From NCBI GenBank assembly GCA_964633935.1, contig CAZWKZ010000001.1, positions 1 to 33,708 on the forward strand: 33,708 bases of DNA, in the 5' to 3' direction. The translations under genes were made by a program, and so were the position numbers. The DNA comes from an uncultured Oscillospiraceae bacterium (GTDB taxonomy: Bacteria; Bacillota; Clostridia; Oscillospirales; Oscillospiraceae). The stretch's first letter is position 1. Each line of letters begins with the position of its first letter. The notes beneath the pieces were generated by a model. It worked only from the letters and a program-made list of their open reading frames with translations, searched no databases and had not been told where the DNA came from. Of this stretch, positions 15,584 to 24,668 are shown one piece after another.

Positions 15584-17818
15584 TCAGCATGGCACGGGGA
15601 GCGCGTATACCGCCCCCGGCTCAGTTTTCAAGGAGCACAGCTGCCCGTTGAGCTTCAGGCTGGCCGTTCCCCCCAAACAGGAGAACAGCTTTCCCTCTGT
15701 CACTTTGCCGTTCTCCCAGGCAAACGAGAGGACAAACCCGCCCCGGACCCGCACGCTCTCCAAACGCCCCTCCGGCCACGAAGGCGGCAGCGCCGGCAGC
15801 AGGCGAATCAGGCCCTCATGGCTTTGGACCAGCATTTCCAGGATCCCCGCCGCGCCGCCAAAATTGCCATCGATCTGAAACGGCGGATGGTTATCAAACA
15901 GGTTCGGCAGCGTGCTCTGCCGCAAAAGGCCGTACAAGTGCGCCTCCGCCTCCGCCCCGTCCAGAAGCCGGGCATAGAAATTCATGATCCACGCGCGGCT
16001 CCAGCCGGTATGTCCGCCGCCGTGGGCCAGACGCCGCCGCAGCGTCTGCCGCGCGGCCTGTGCCAGCTCCGGCGTTGCAGAGGCGCTGATCTGAAAGCCG
16101 GGATACAGGCCATAGAGCTGGGAGATGTGCCTGTGACCCGGCTCCCACTCTTCATAGTCCTCCAACCACTCCTGAATGGTTCCCTTGCTGCTCACGCGCG
16201 CGGGCGGCAGCTGGGCCAGCAGGCCGGGCAGGGCCGCCGTCAACGCCGACTTCTCCCCCAACGCCTCGGCGCAGCGGAGCGTGATGGTAAACAGCTCCCG
16301 GATGATCATGACGTCCATCGTAGGCGCAAGAGACACCGCCGTTTTCTCCCCCGTGACCGGATCCAGATAGCTATTTTCCGGCGAGCTGGACGGCGCCGTG
16401 ACCAGGCAACCGGTCTTGGGGTCCGTGACCAGAAAATCGGCAAAGAACTGCGCGCTTCCCTCCAACACCGGCCAGAAGGCCCGGAGAAATTCCAAATCGC
16501 CGGTGTAGAGATAGTGCTCATACAGGTGGCGGCAGCACCATGCGCCGCCGCACAGAAAGCTGCCCCAGTCCGGGTCCTGCCCCGGCGCGGTAAAGCCCCA
16601 GGGATTGCTCAGCGTGTGGGCCACCCACCCGCGGCAGCCGTACATAACGCGGGCCGTCCGCGCCCCATGCCGCGCCAAAAACGCCAGGTACTGATACAGG
16701 GGCTGGCCGTATTCTGAAAGTCCCACGGCGTCTACAAACCAATAGTTCATTTGCAGGTTGATATTGATGTGGTAATCGCCCGTCCAGGGGGTAACGAGGT
16801 CCTTGGACCAGACGCCCTGCAGATTGGCGGGCAAACGCCCCCAGGCCGAGCCGATGAACAGATACCGGCCATAGTCGAAGAACAGCCCGCACAAGCCGGT
16901 ATCCAGCGCTCCCGCCCGGACTCTTTGCAGGCGCTGGTCGGTGGGAAGCGCCTGCAGCGCCGCTTCTTCCGGCAGGAGCAATCGGCATCGGTCCATGGCC
17001 TCTGAGACCCAGCGGGCTTCGTCCTGCAAAACCGCCTCTATCCCGGCCCGGCGCGCCGCCGCCAGCCGGCTTCGGCAGATAGCCTCCGGCTCCTGACCGC
17101 CATAGGACGTGGCGGTACAAGTCCACAGGACCAGCCGGCTGCTGCTGCGGATTTCCAGCGTCTGCCCGCGGACCGACGTTTCCCCGTCGGTCTGCACCTG
17201 AATCAAGGTGCAGAAGGAGATCGCTCCAGGACCGCTGTTGCGTCCGTAGACCGTGATCCCCTGCAAATCGCACAGCACCTGCACGTTTTCCCGGTGGAAG
17301 CTGAGCGTGTAGCTGCCGCTGCCGCCCTCCAGCAGGCTGGCCGTCACCTGATAGCGGTGCGACGCCGTGTGCCGGCGGCGCACTGTGCCAAAGCACGTCT
17401 CCGCCACGCCGCGCTCAAGATCCAGCAGGCGCAGATACCCTTCCGCACACTCGACCGGGCTTGCGATGTGCAGCTCTCCCGCCGTCTGATAGCTGCCATA
17501 ATACGGATCGTCGCTTCCCCTCCCCTGACAGACTAGATAGCGGCGGCTCAAGGCCTGCGCCTGCTGATACTGCCGGTGAAACAGAAGCTGCTGTATCTGC
17601 CGCAGGTGCTCCAGGCACTCGGGATTGTCCCACTGGGCCGGATACCCGCTCCAAAGCGTCTCTTCATTGAGCTGCAAGATCTCCCGCTCCATGCCGCCAA
17701 ACACCATCATGCCCAGACTGCCGCTGCCCAGGGGCAGCGCCTCGTTCCAATCGGCCGCAGGCTGCCGGTACCACAGGCAGCGCCGCTGTACGGGCCGCCG
17801 GTCAGTCGAAGATGTCAT
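15584..17818 (-). CDS. GH95 alpha-1,2-L-fucosidase (or alpha-L-galactosidase)
   Basis: LWYRQPA..WNEALPLG.G, LNEETLWSG, YGRYL, PANLQGVW, DYHININLQMNYW, SPEN, HRHISQL, HTGWSRAW, HPPFQIDGNFG, LLPALP. AGAGGAG RBS before ATG 17818. Confidence 0.93.
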   Translation of the reverse strand: MTSSTDRRPVQRRCLWYRQPAADWNEALPLGSGSLGMMVFGGMEREILQLNEETLWSGYPAQWDNPECLEHLRQIQQLLFHRQYQQAQALSRRYLVCQGRGSDDPYYGSYQTAGELHIASPVECAEGYLRLLDLERGVAETCFGTVRRRHTASHRYQVTASLLEGGSGSYTLSFHRENVQVLCDLQGITVYGRNSGPGAISFCTLIQVQTDGETSVRGQTLEIRSSSRLVLWTCTATSYGGQEPEAICRSRLAAARRAGIEAVLQDEARWVSEAMDRCRLLLPEEAALQALPTDQRLQRVRAGALDTGLCGLFFDYGRYLFIGSAWGRLPANLQGVWSKDLVTPWTGDYHININLQMNYWFVDAVGLSEYGQPLYQYLAFLARHGARTARVMYGCRGWVAHTLSNPWGFTAPGQDPDWGSFLCGGAWCCRHLYEHYLYTGDLEFLRAFWPVLEGSAQFFADFLVTDPKTGCLVTAPSSSPENSYLDPVTGEKTAVSLAPTMDVMIIRELFTITLRCAEALGEKSALTAALPGLLAQLPPARVSSKGTIQEWLEDYEEWEPGHRHISQLYGLYPGFQISASATPELAQAARQTLRRRLAHGGGHTGWSRAWIMNFYARLLDGAEAEAHLYGLLRQSTLPNLFDNHPPFQIDGNFGGAAGILEMLVQSHEGLIRLLPALPPSWPEGRLESVRVRGGFVLSFAWENGKVTEGKLFSCLGGTASLKLNGQLCSLKTEPGAVYALPVPC

Positions 17819-17839
17819 GTCAGACGCTCCTCTCGCATT

Positions 17840-17898
17840 AATTAAACGTTTTCGCATTTTTCGTTCCTATTATAGAGGAGGTTTCACCAAAAAATCAA
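17840..17898 (-). promoter_or_regulatory. Promoter of the GH95-GH94-GH43 unit with a downstream LacI-type operator
   Basis: TTGATT (17898-17893), 18 bp spacer, TATAAT (17874-17869). Operator GAAAACGTTTAATT on the minus strand at 17853-17840. Confidence 0.7.
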
Positions 17899-17989
17899 CT
17901 GCTTTCCGGTTGAAATTCTTCATTTTTTCTAGCTTCTCTTTTTCGTCTCGTCGTTTTTACCAGTTTTATTAAATTTATCCAAAAAAATA

Positions 17990-18040
17990 TTGACGTTTTC
18001 TCCACCAGAAATTATAATAAAGCAAAGAAAACGTTTAATT
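17990..18040 (+). promoter_or_regulatory. Promoter of the lacI-GH94-ABC unit with a downstream LacI-type operator
   Basis: TTGACG (17990-17995), 17 bp spacer, TATAAT (18013-18018). Identical operator GAAAACGTTTAATT at 18027-18040. Confidence 0.75.
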
Positions 18041-18061
18041 TCAGATAGAGGAAGGATTGCC

Positions 18062-19066
18062 GTGGTAACCATCAAAACAATCTCAGAAAAATGCGGCGTG
18101 TCGGTGGCGGCCGTGTCCAAGGCGCTGAATCACCAGCCCGGCATCAGTCCTGAAAAGGCGGAGCTGGTACGAAAGACAGCCCAAGAGCTTGGCTATTATC
18201 CCAATGCCGCCGCCAGAACTCTGAAAACCAACCGAAGCCACAATATCGGCATTCTGTTCCAGAATGGCTTGATGCACGAATACTTTTCGGTCGTGCTGGA
18301 TACGCTCCGCAAAACGGCGGAGGCGCACGGATATGACATCACCTTTTTGAGCAATCTGCGCAACCCGGGCATGGGCTATTACGAGCATGCAAAATACCGC
18401 CAGTGCGACGGCGTTATTGTCGCCCCCGGCAACCTCGGCTCCGGCGAACTGCTGCGGCTGGTGGAAAGTGAGCTGCCGCTGGTTACCATCGACCAGGTCT
18501 ACAACGGACGCACTGCCATCATGAACAACAACGTGGAAAGCACCGAGTCCATCGTCCGCTATCTCTACGATCTGGGCCACCGGAAAATCGCCATGATCCA
18601 CGGCGAAATGGGAGACGTCACCCGCCAGCGTCTGGCGGGCTTCTACCGCGGCTGCCGCAGCTGCGGCATCGAGGTCCCCGACGAGTATGTCGTGTCGGCA
18701 CGCTTCCACGAGCCGAAGGATTCCGGCCTAGCCACCCGGCAGCTTCTGCAGCTGGCCGAGCGGCCCACCTGTATTCTGTACCCGGACGACATGTCCTATC
18801 TGGGCGGTCTGACTGAGCTGGAATCCCAAGGCCTCAGCGTGCCGGAGGATATGAGCTGTTTCGGCTATGACGGGATCCTGCTTTCCAGGCTTCTGCGTCC
18901 CCAGCTGTCCACCTACCGGCAGAACGCCGAGGAGATCGGCCATCAGGCCGCCGCGCAGCTGATCAGCGCCATTGAATCGCCCAAGTTTTACGTACCGCAG
19001 ATCGTCACGGTCACCGGCAGCATTCAGCAGGGCCAGACCGTTCGAAATTTGAATACAAACCCGTAA
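18062..19066 (+). CDS. LacI family transcriptional regulator
   Basis: VTIKTISEKCGVSVAAVSKALN HTH, ELGYYPNAAARTL hinge, LGHRKIA, RLAGF, VPEDMS..GYD. GTG start 18062 after AGGAAGG. Confidence 0.93.
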   Translation: MVTIKTISEKCGVSVAAVSKALNHQPGISPEKAELVRKTAQELGYYPNAAARTLKTNRSHNIGILFQNGLMHEYFSVVLDTLRKTAEAHGYDITFLSNLRNPGMGYYEHAKYRQCDGVIVAPGNLGSGELLRLVESELPLVTIDQVYNGRTAIMNNNVESTESIVRYLYDLGHRKIAMIHGEMGDVTRQRLAGFYRGCRSCGIEVPDEYVVSARFHEPKDSGLATRQLLQLAERPTCILYPDDMSYLGGLTELESQGLSVPEDMSCFGYDGILLSRLLRPQLSTYRQNAEEIGHQAAAQLISAIESPKFYVPQIVTVTGSIQQGQTVRNLNTNP

Positions 19067-19083
19067 TACGGAGGAACACGGAC

Positions 19084-21996
19084 ATGCACTACAGCAACGA
19101 ACAGGCGCGCACCCAGCGCCTTACCGCCGCGCAGCTGATCCGCGACGTCTTCGGCAGTCAGGCGCTGCCCGGCGCGCTGGACGCGGAATTTCTTTCCGCG
19201 TCGCGCTCCCATGCGCTGGGCTTCGCCGGTCTTCCCTTTGAAGCGCCGATCTGCGCCTACCTCATGAATCAGCCCCAGGTAGCGGCTGATTTGCAGGGCC
19301 GCGGCGGCAGCCAGCTATTCTGGGTGGAGGGCCGCACGGTCCGCCACCGGACCGAGCAGGGCGAGGTCCCGGTGCCCCAGGCCGTAGCCGGCAGCGTGCT
19401 GGAGATCTACGACCGGGTGCTGGCCAGCCCCGGTCAGCTGAACGAGCAAGGCGAGCTGCTGCTGGATTTGAAAGCATATCCCGTCGGCCCTCACTATCCT
19501 GTCAATCTGCTGCTCGGCAACCGGGCAGGCTTTGCCTATCCGCTGTGCACCACGCCAAAAAGCGCGCTGGATTCTCTAGGCCGCGGCTCGTTCCGCGCTA
19601 CCGGCGGCCAGCAGGTGCTGGCCACCCGATGCGTTTTGCAGCTAGAGGAAAACGGCGAGCCGGCCAACCGTCAGTTCTATCTGGTGGAAAACGGCAGGCA
19701 GATTTTCTATTCCGCCGATGTGCAGGACAATGTGCGCTCTGCGACCTGCCTGCACTCCCAGAACCGGACCATCATTACCTATAAAACCAACTGTGGGCTG
19801 GAAATCAAACGCACCATCTTCATCCTGCCGCAAGAGGCGGGCATGCCCAACGCCGTGGAGGCCCAGCGGGTAGAGATCACCAATCACAGCGGCCGTCCCC
19901 GGCAATTAAAAATCGTCATGACCGGTATGTTCGGCATTGCCGGGCCGTCCACCGTTGCCAACGATGTGGTCTATGCCAACGTGGTGGCGCAGAGCGAGGT
20001 GTTCTACGCAGGCGACCGGGCCGCAGCTTTGACCCTGCACCACAAGCCCAAGGAATGCCAGGGCGAAAAGCGCTTCGCTGCGCTGCTGTGCGGCGGAAAG
20101 ACCATGGACGAGTTCTGCGTCAGCCTGTCCGATTTCATCGGCAGCGGCACCTTGTCCCATCCGGAGCTGGTAGCCCATCTGCCCAGCCGCTACAACCGCA
20201 AGATCGCCCCCTTCTTCGCCATGGGAAAGACCTTCTCGGCAGCGCCCGGCGAAACGGCCGTCATAGATGAGTTCGTAGGCATGATGGAGTCTGATGGCGA
20301 CGTAACCGGGCCATTTGACCAGGCGCTTCACTGCCTGCTGGAAAAATATCAGGATCCCGCCGCGTTGACCGAAACCTTCCAGGGCGTCGTGGATTTCTGG
20401 AACCGTTACCCGGCCTATCTGACGCCCGATACCGGCGATGCGCGCTTCACAGCATATGTCAGTCACAATCTGCCCTTCCAGGTCCTCTATCAGACCTACG
20501 TATCCCGGGCCTTCGCATGGACGCAGAAGTCCTATCGCGAGACCGGCTTCCGGGAGATTCAGGACATCTACGCCTCGATGTACTACCTCAGCGCCATGGG
20601 CGAAAATGCGCTCGTCAAAGAGCTGCTGTCAAACTGGATCCGCAATGTCTTCCCCATGGGCTACGCCTATCACGACTTCACCTTCCAGGGCAAGGAGCCG
20701 GGCGACTGCTCCGACGACCAGCTGTGGCTCGTGCAGGCGGTATACCGCTATGTGACGCTGACTGGCGACGCCGGCTTTTTGTCCGAGTCGTTCCCCATGG
20801 CCGGCGAAGATGGCGGCTCGCGTCCGCTGTGGCAGACGCTCATGGCCATTTTGACCTACAGCGGCAAAATCTCCGTAGGCAAGCACGGCCTGCCGCTTCT
20901 GGACAAGGCCGACTGGAACGATACGCTGAAGCTGGACCGCGAGGTCCTGAAAGGCCCCGAAAAAGAGCGCCGCTACCGTCTTCAGCTGGCAGAAAAGGGG
21001 CAGGTCTACGGTGCGGCTTGGGAAAATGAGCTGAGCGAAAGCGTCATGAACGCCTGCCTTCTGAAAATTGCCGCCGACGAGGTGGCGGAGCTGGCCGCGC
21101 TCACCGGAAATGAGGCCGACGGCGCAGAAGCCGCCGCCATTGCCCGCAGCGTGCAGGAAAGCATGCAGCAAAACGCCTGGAAGGGCGACTTCTTCGCCCG
21201 CTGTCTCATCAACGACGATCGCGAGGGCGGCTACACCTATCTCGGCGCAGGCGGAGACGGCCTGTCTCTGGATCCGGCCATCGACGGCAGCTACTTCCTC
21301 AATTCCTACAGCTGGTCCATTTTGGCCGGCGTGGCCACAGAGGCGCAGATCGCCAAAATGCTGCGGATCGTCCAGCGGCATCTGAAAACCGAGGCCGGCC
21401 TGAAGCTCTGCACCCTGGTCCAGTTCGACCGGCTGGGCGTCAACACCGGCACAGCCCTCTACTTCCCCGGCGACCGCGAGAACGGCGGCGTGTTCAAGCA
21501 CGCGGCCATGATGGCCACCGTGGCCTCGCTGAAGGCCGCCAAGACCGTGTCCGATCCGGCCTTGGCGCAGGAGCTGGCAGAGCTGGCCTTCTTCATGATC
21601 CAGCGGACCGTCCCCTACGCCACCATGGACCGGCCCTTCACCATCAAAGGAAACCCCCGCTTCTGCACGCAATATAACAACAGCGAGACCTGTGAGGCCA
21701 TCGGCCCCATGCTCTCCGGCACGGCCTCGTGGCTGACCTTGGCCGTATATGAATTCCTTGGTATCGACGTGCAGTCCCAGACCATCGCCTTCACCCCCGT
21801 GATGCAGCCGGGCAAGACGCGCATGGCCTGCACGATACAGCTGGCAGACGCCACGCTGAAGGTCGAAATTCTAAGCGGCGGACTTCGCTTCCGCACCGGT
21901 CCGGAGACCACCTACACCTTAGACGGCGCGAGCGCGTCGCATATCATCGTCCGTCCGAAGGACGGCGGCGTCCACCATATGGTGATCCGGCTTTAA
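19084..21996 (+). CDS. GH94 cellodextrin phosphorylase-like protein (long N-terminal type)
   Basis: 970 aa. GPHY.VNLLLGNR, TTPKS, GRGSFR, EENG.PANRQFY, FQVLYQT..SR, YRE.GFREIQD, SDD.LWL, DWND, ENGGVFKHA, LSGTASW. From memory these motifs resemble the Clostridium thermocellum cellodextrin phosphorylase. Confidence 0.85.
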   Translation: MHYSNEQARTQRLTAAQLIRDVFGSQALPGALDAEFLSASRSHALGFAGLPFEAPICAYLMNQPQVAADLQGRGGSQLFWVEGRTVRHRTEQGEVPVPQAVAGSVLEIYDRVLASPGQLNEQGELLLDLKAYPVGPHYPVNLLLGNRAGFAYPLCTTPKSALDSLGRGSFRATGGQQVLATRCVLQLEENGEPANRQFYLVENGRQIFYSADVQDNVRSATCLHSQNRTIITYKTNCGLEIKRTIFILPQEAGMPNAVEAQRVEITNHSGRPRQLKIVMTGMFGIAGPSTVANDVVYANVVAQSEVFYAGDRAAALTLHHKPKECQGEKRFAALLCGGKTMDEFCVSLSDFIGSGTLSHPELVAHLPSRYNRKIAPFFAMGKTFSAAPGETAVIDEFVGMMESDGDVTGPFDQALHCLLEKYQDPAALTETFQGVVDFWNRYPAYLTPDTGDARFTAYVSHNLPFQVLYQTYVSRAFAWTQKSYRETGFREIQDIYASMYYLSAMGENALVKELLSNWIRNVFPMGYAYHDFTFQGKEPGDCSDDQLWLVQAVYRYVTLTGDAGFLSESFPMAGEDGGSRPLWQTLMAILTYSGKISVGKHGLPLLDKADWNDTLKLDREVLKGPEKERRYRLQLAEKGQVYGAAWENELSESVMNACLLKIAADEVAELAALTGNEADGAEAAAIARSVQESMQQNAWKGDFFARCLINDDREGGYTYLGAGGDGLSLDPAIDGSYFLNSYSWSILAGVATEAQIAKMLRIVQRHLKTEAGLKLCTLVQFDRLGVNTGTALYFPGDRENGGVFKHAAMMATVASLKAAKTVSDPALAQELAELAFFMIQRTVPYATMDRPFTIKGNPRFCTQYNNSETCEAIGPMLSGTASWLTLAVYEFLGIDVQSQTIAFTPVMQPGKTRMACTIQLADATLKVEILSGGLRFRTGPETTYTLDGASASHIIVRPKDGGVHHMVIRL

Positions 21997-22108
21997 GGCA
22001 AAAGCGAATCTATCCCAAGTGGAAGGAGGTACAAAATACAAACGTCTTCCCCTGCAGCAGCGGTTTCCGCAGCGAATCCGGCAGCCGTACGCAGGGGACA
22101 GATCATCA

Positions 22109-22134
22109 TGGGAACGAAAACGTTTTCGTTCCCA
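22109..22134. promoter_or_regulatory. Perfect 26-bp palindrome containing the LacI-type operator core
   Basis: TGGGAACGAAAAC|GTTTTCGTTCCCA in the intergenic region upstream of the ABC genes. Confidence 0.7.
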
Positions 22135-22249
22135 CGGCGCTGCGCAGCGCCGGCCCGCCCGTCTGCTTCGACCTGGACGAAGCGCTGCCGCGGCCGCACA
22201 GCGCACCGGTTCGCAATGCAGTAAGAAAAGAGATTTGGAGGGATGCGCA

Positions 22250-23710
22250 TTGACAAGCACAAAACCAAAAAATGCAGTCAAGGCGCCGGGCAGTAAGCTA
22301 TACATCCTGCACCGTGTCGCCATCCTGCTGGCCTGTGTCGCGATCTTCTATCCGGGCCTCAACCCCGGCCGGGTCACCACAGCCATCAACCGCAACGTAT
22401 CACTGTTTACTTCCGCGATTTCCTATTCCTCTCTAGTCAGCAATTTGACCCGCCCGCTGGCGCGCGGCTGGGTGCAAAAATCCACCTTCGTTCTGGTCAT
22501 GATCGCCAGTATCATCATGATCGCCGGCATCATTCTCTGCGCCGTCGGCGGCTGCATGTCCGTCGGCAACCGCAGAATGCGCCACTATGGCCTTCTGTTC
22601 CCGCTGGGCGGCTCGGTGCTCTCAGCCGCCGGCCTGGTTGGCCTGGTGATCGCCCATGGCCAGATCGTGACCGCCAACAATGAGCGTGTTCCGGCCAATT
22701 TCCCCGGCGGCCTCTGGTTCTACGCCGTGTTGACCGCCATCACCCTACTCACCACGCTCGCGCTGCTTGCCGCCGACCGCAAGCAGCCTGTGACGCTGGA
22801 GAACCAGATGCAGATGCAGGAAAAATATCACCTGTTCCTGCTGTTCCTGCCCATTTTGGCCCTGGCGTTCGTGTTCTCCTACCTGCCCCTGTGGGGCTGG
22901 CGCTACGCCTTTTTCGACTATAAGGCCGGCGGCGAGCTGACCATGGAAAACTTCGTCGGCTTCAAATGGTTCACCTACCTGTTTGAAAGCGAGGCTACGC
23001 GCAAGGACATCGTCCGGGTTTTGAGAAACACCCTGGCTCTGAGCGGCATCGGCATCATTACCAGCTGGCTGCCCATGATCTTCGCCGTGTTCCTGACTCA
23101 GGTACACAGCCGGAAGTTCCGCCGCATCGTCCAGACCTTCACCACGGTCCCCAACTTCTTGGGCTGGGCGATCATCTACGCCGTGGCTTTGGCCATCTTC
23201 TCGACAGACGGCTTCATCAATAGCTTCCTGAACAATATCCTCGGCATGAATTCCAATACCAACTACCTCATGGACGGCAGCCACATGTGGCTGAAAATGT
23301 GGCTGTGGGGCACATGGAAGGGCTTGGGCTGGAGCGCCATCATCTACATCTCCTCTATCACCGGCATCGACCCGGTGCTCTATGAGGCGGCCACGGTCGA
23401 CGGCGCGGGCCGGTTCCAGCAGATGTGGAACGTCACGATCCCGCAGCTGATGCCCACTTTCTTCGTTATGCTGCTGATGAGCATTGCCAACGTCCTGTCC
23501 AACGGCATGGAGCAGTACCTGGTCTTCTCCAACGCCATCAACTCTCAGAGCATCGAGGTGCTGGACCTGTACGTGTACAATCTTGGTATTGTCAACGGCC
23601 AGATCCCTATGTCCACCATGGTTGGTATGTGCAAGTCCATCATCAGCGTCATTCTGCTCTTTGTCGCCAACACAGCCTCTAAGAAGCTGCGCGGCGAGAG
23701 CATCATTTAA
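22250..23710 (+). CDS. Carbohydrate ABC transporter permease (LplB-like) with extra N-terminal membrane domain
   Basis: C-terminal ~295 aa: FSYLPLWG, FVGFKWF, RNTL, WKGLGWSAIIY, LYEAATVDGAGRFQ (EAA motif). TTG start 22250 after GGAGG; the ORF-track start at 22019 is unlikely. Confidence 0.88.
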   Translation: MTSTKPKNAVKAPGSKLYILHRVAILLACVAIFYPGLNPGRVTTAINRNVSLFTSAISYSSLVSNLTRPLARGWVQKSTFVLVMIASIIMIAGIILCAVGGCMSVGNRRMRHYGLLFPLGGSVLSAAGLVGLVIAHGQIVTANNERVPANFPGGLWFYAVLTAITLLTTLALLAADRKQPVTLENQMQMQEKYHLFLLFLPILALAFVFSYLPLWGWRYAFFDYKAGGELTMENFVGFKWFTYLFESEATRKDIVRVLRNTLALSGIGIITSWLPMIFAVFLTQVHSRKFRRIVQTFTTVPNFLGWAIIYAVALAIFSTDGFINSFLNNILGMNSNTNYLMDGSHMWLKMWLWGTWKGLGWSAIIYISSITGIDPVLYEAATVDGAGRFQQMWNVTIPQLMPTFFVMLLMSIANVLSNGMEQYLVFSNAINSQSIEVLDLYVYNLGIVNGQIPMSTMVGMCKSIISVILLFVANTASKKLRGESII

Positions 23711-23723
23711 GGAGGGCGGAACT

Positions 23724-24638
23724 ATGGCGAAACAGAATACCGGCGCAGTCCGCTACCGCAGAACCGTGGGCGACGTAACGTTCAACGTCATCAATATCGT
23801 CATCTTCTCACTGTTCACGCTGCTGTGCATTTTCCCCTTCTACTACCTGTTCATCAACACCATTTCCGACAACGCGCTGGTCGGCGCCAACATGATCACG
23901 CTGCTGCCCCGCGGCATCCACTTCAATAACTACATCGCACTGAAGGATGTGCAGGATTTCGGCAACTCGGTCCTCGTCACCGTCAGCCGCACCATTCTGG
24001 CTACGGCGCTGATGGTGCTGGCCTCCGCCTTCGCGGGCTACCTCACCACCAAGCGTGAGATGTGGAACCGCAGCTTTTGGTATCGGGCGCTGGTCATCAC
24101 CATGTACTTTAACGCCGGCACCATCCCCTGGTATCTGAACATGCTGGGTCTGGGCCTGACCGATAACTACCTGGGCTACATCATTCCCAGCATCGTGGCT
24201 CCCTACAACATCATCCTGGTCAAGACCTATATCGAGTCGATCCCCGCCTCCTTGGAGGAAAGCGCCACCATCGACGGCGCCAGTGCCATGAAGGTCTTTA
24301 CAAAGATCATCTTGCCGCTGGCCAAGCCCATCCTGGCCACCATCGCCATCTTCGGCGCGGTCGGCAACTGGAACTCCCTGCAGGATTCGCTGATCCTCAT
24401 GTCCAACAGCCCGCAGCTGTATACCATGCAGCACCGGTTGTGGGTGTACCTGAACAGCTCCTCCAACCTGGCCAACGCCATGGGCGGCGGCGGCGCAGTT
24501 TCGGCAGCCGCTATGCTCAACAACAAGGTCATCAAGTACACCATCTCTATGGTCACCGTTATCCCCATTATGCTGGTCTATCCCTTCATGCAGCGCTACT
24601 TTGAAGAGGGCATGATGCTCGGCGCTGTGAAGGGTTGA
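23724..24638 (+). CDS. Carbohydrate ABC transporter permease (LplC-like)
   Basis: TMYFNAG.IP.Y, SLEESATIDGAS (EAA motif), KPILATIAIF.AV..WN, YPFMQRYF..G...GAVKG. AAGGAGG RBS. Confidence 0.92.
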   Translation: MAKQNTGAVRYRRTVGDVTFNVINIVIFSLFTLLCIFPFYYLFINTISDNALVGANMITLLPRGIHFNNYIALKDVQDFGNSVLVTVSRTILATALMVLASAFAGYLTTKREMWNRSFWYRALVITMYFNAGTIPWYLNMLGLGLTDNYLGYIIPSIVAPYNIILVKTYIESIPASLEESATIDGASAMKVFTKIILPLAKPILATIAIFGAVGNWNSLQDSLILMSNSPQLYTMQHRLWVYLNSSSNLANAMGGGGAVSAAAMLNNKVIKYTISMVTVIPIMLVYPFMQRYFEEGMMLGAVKG

Positions 24639-24668
24639 TTGGATAATCACGATGAAAGGAAGAATCAA

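Noticed and set aside
22019-22249. 77-aa Arg-rich N-terminal extension of the permease in the ORF track
   Set aside because: It spans an intergenic region containing the operator palindrome. A good RBS and TTG at 22250 is a better start.
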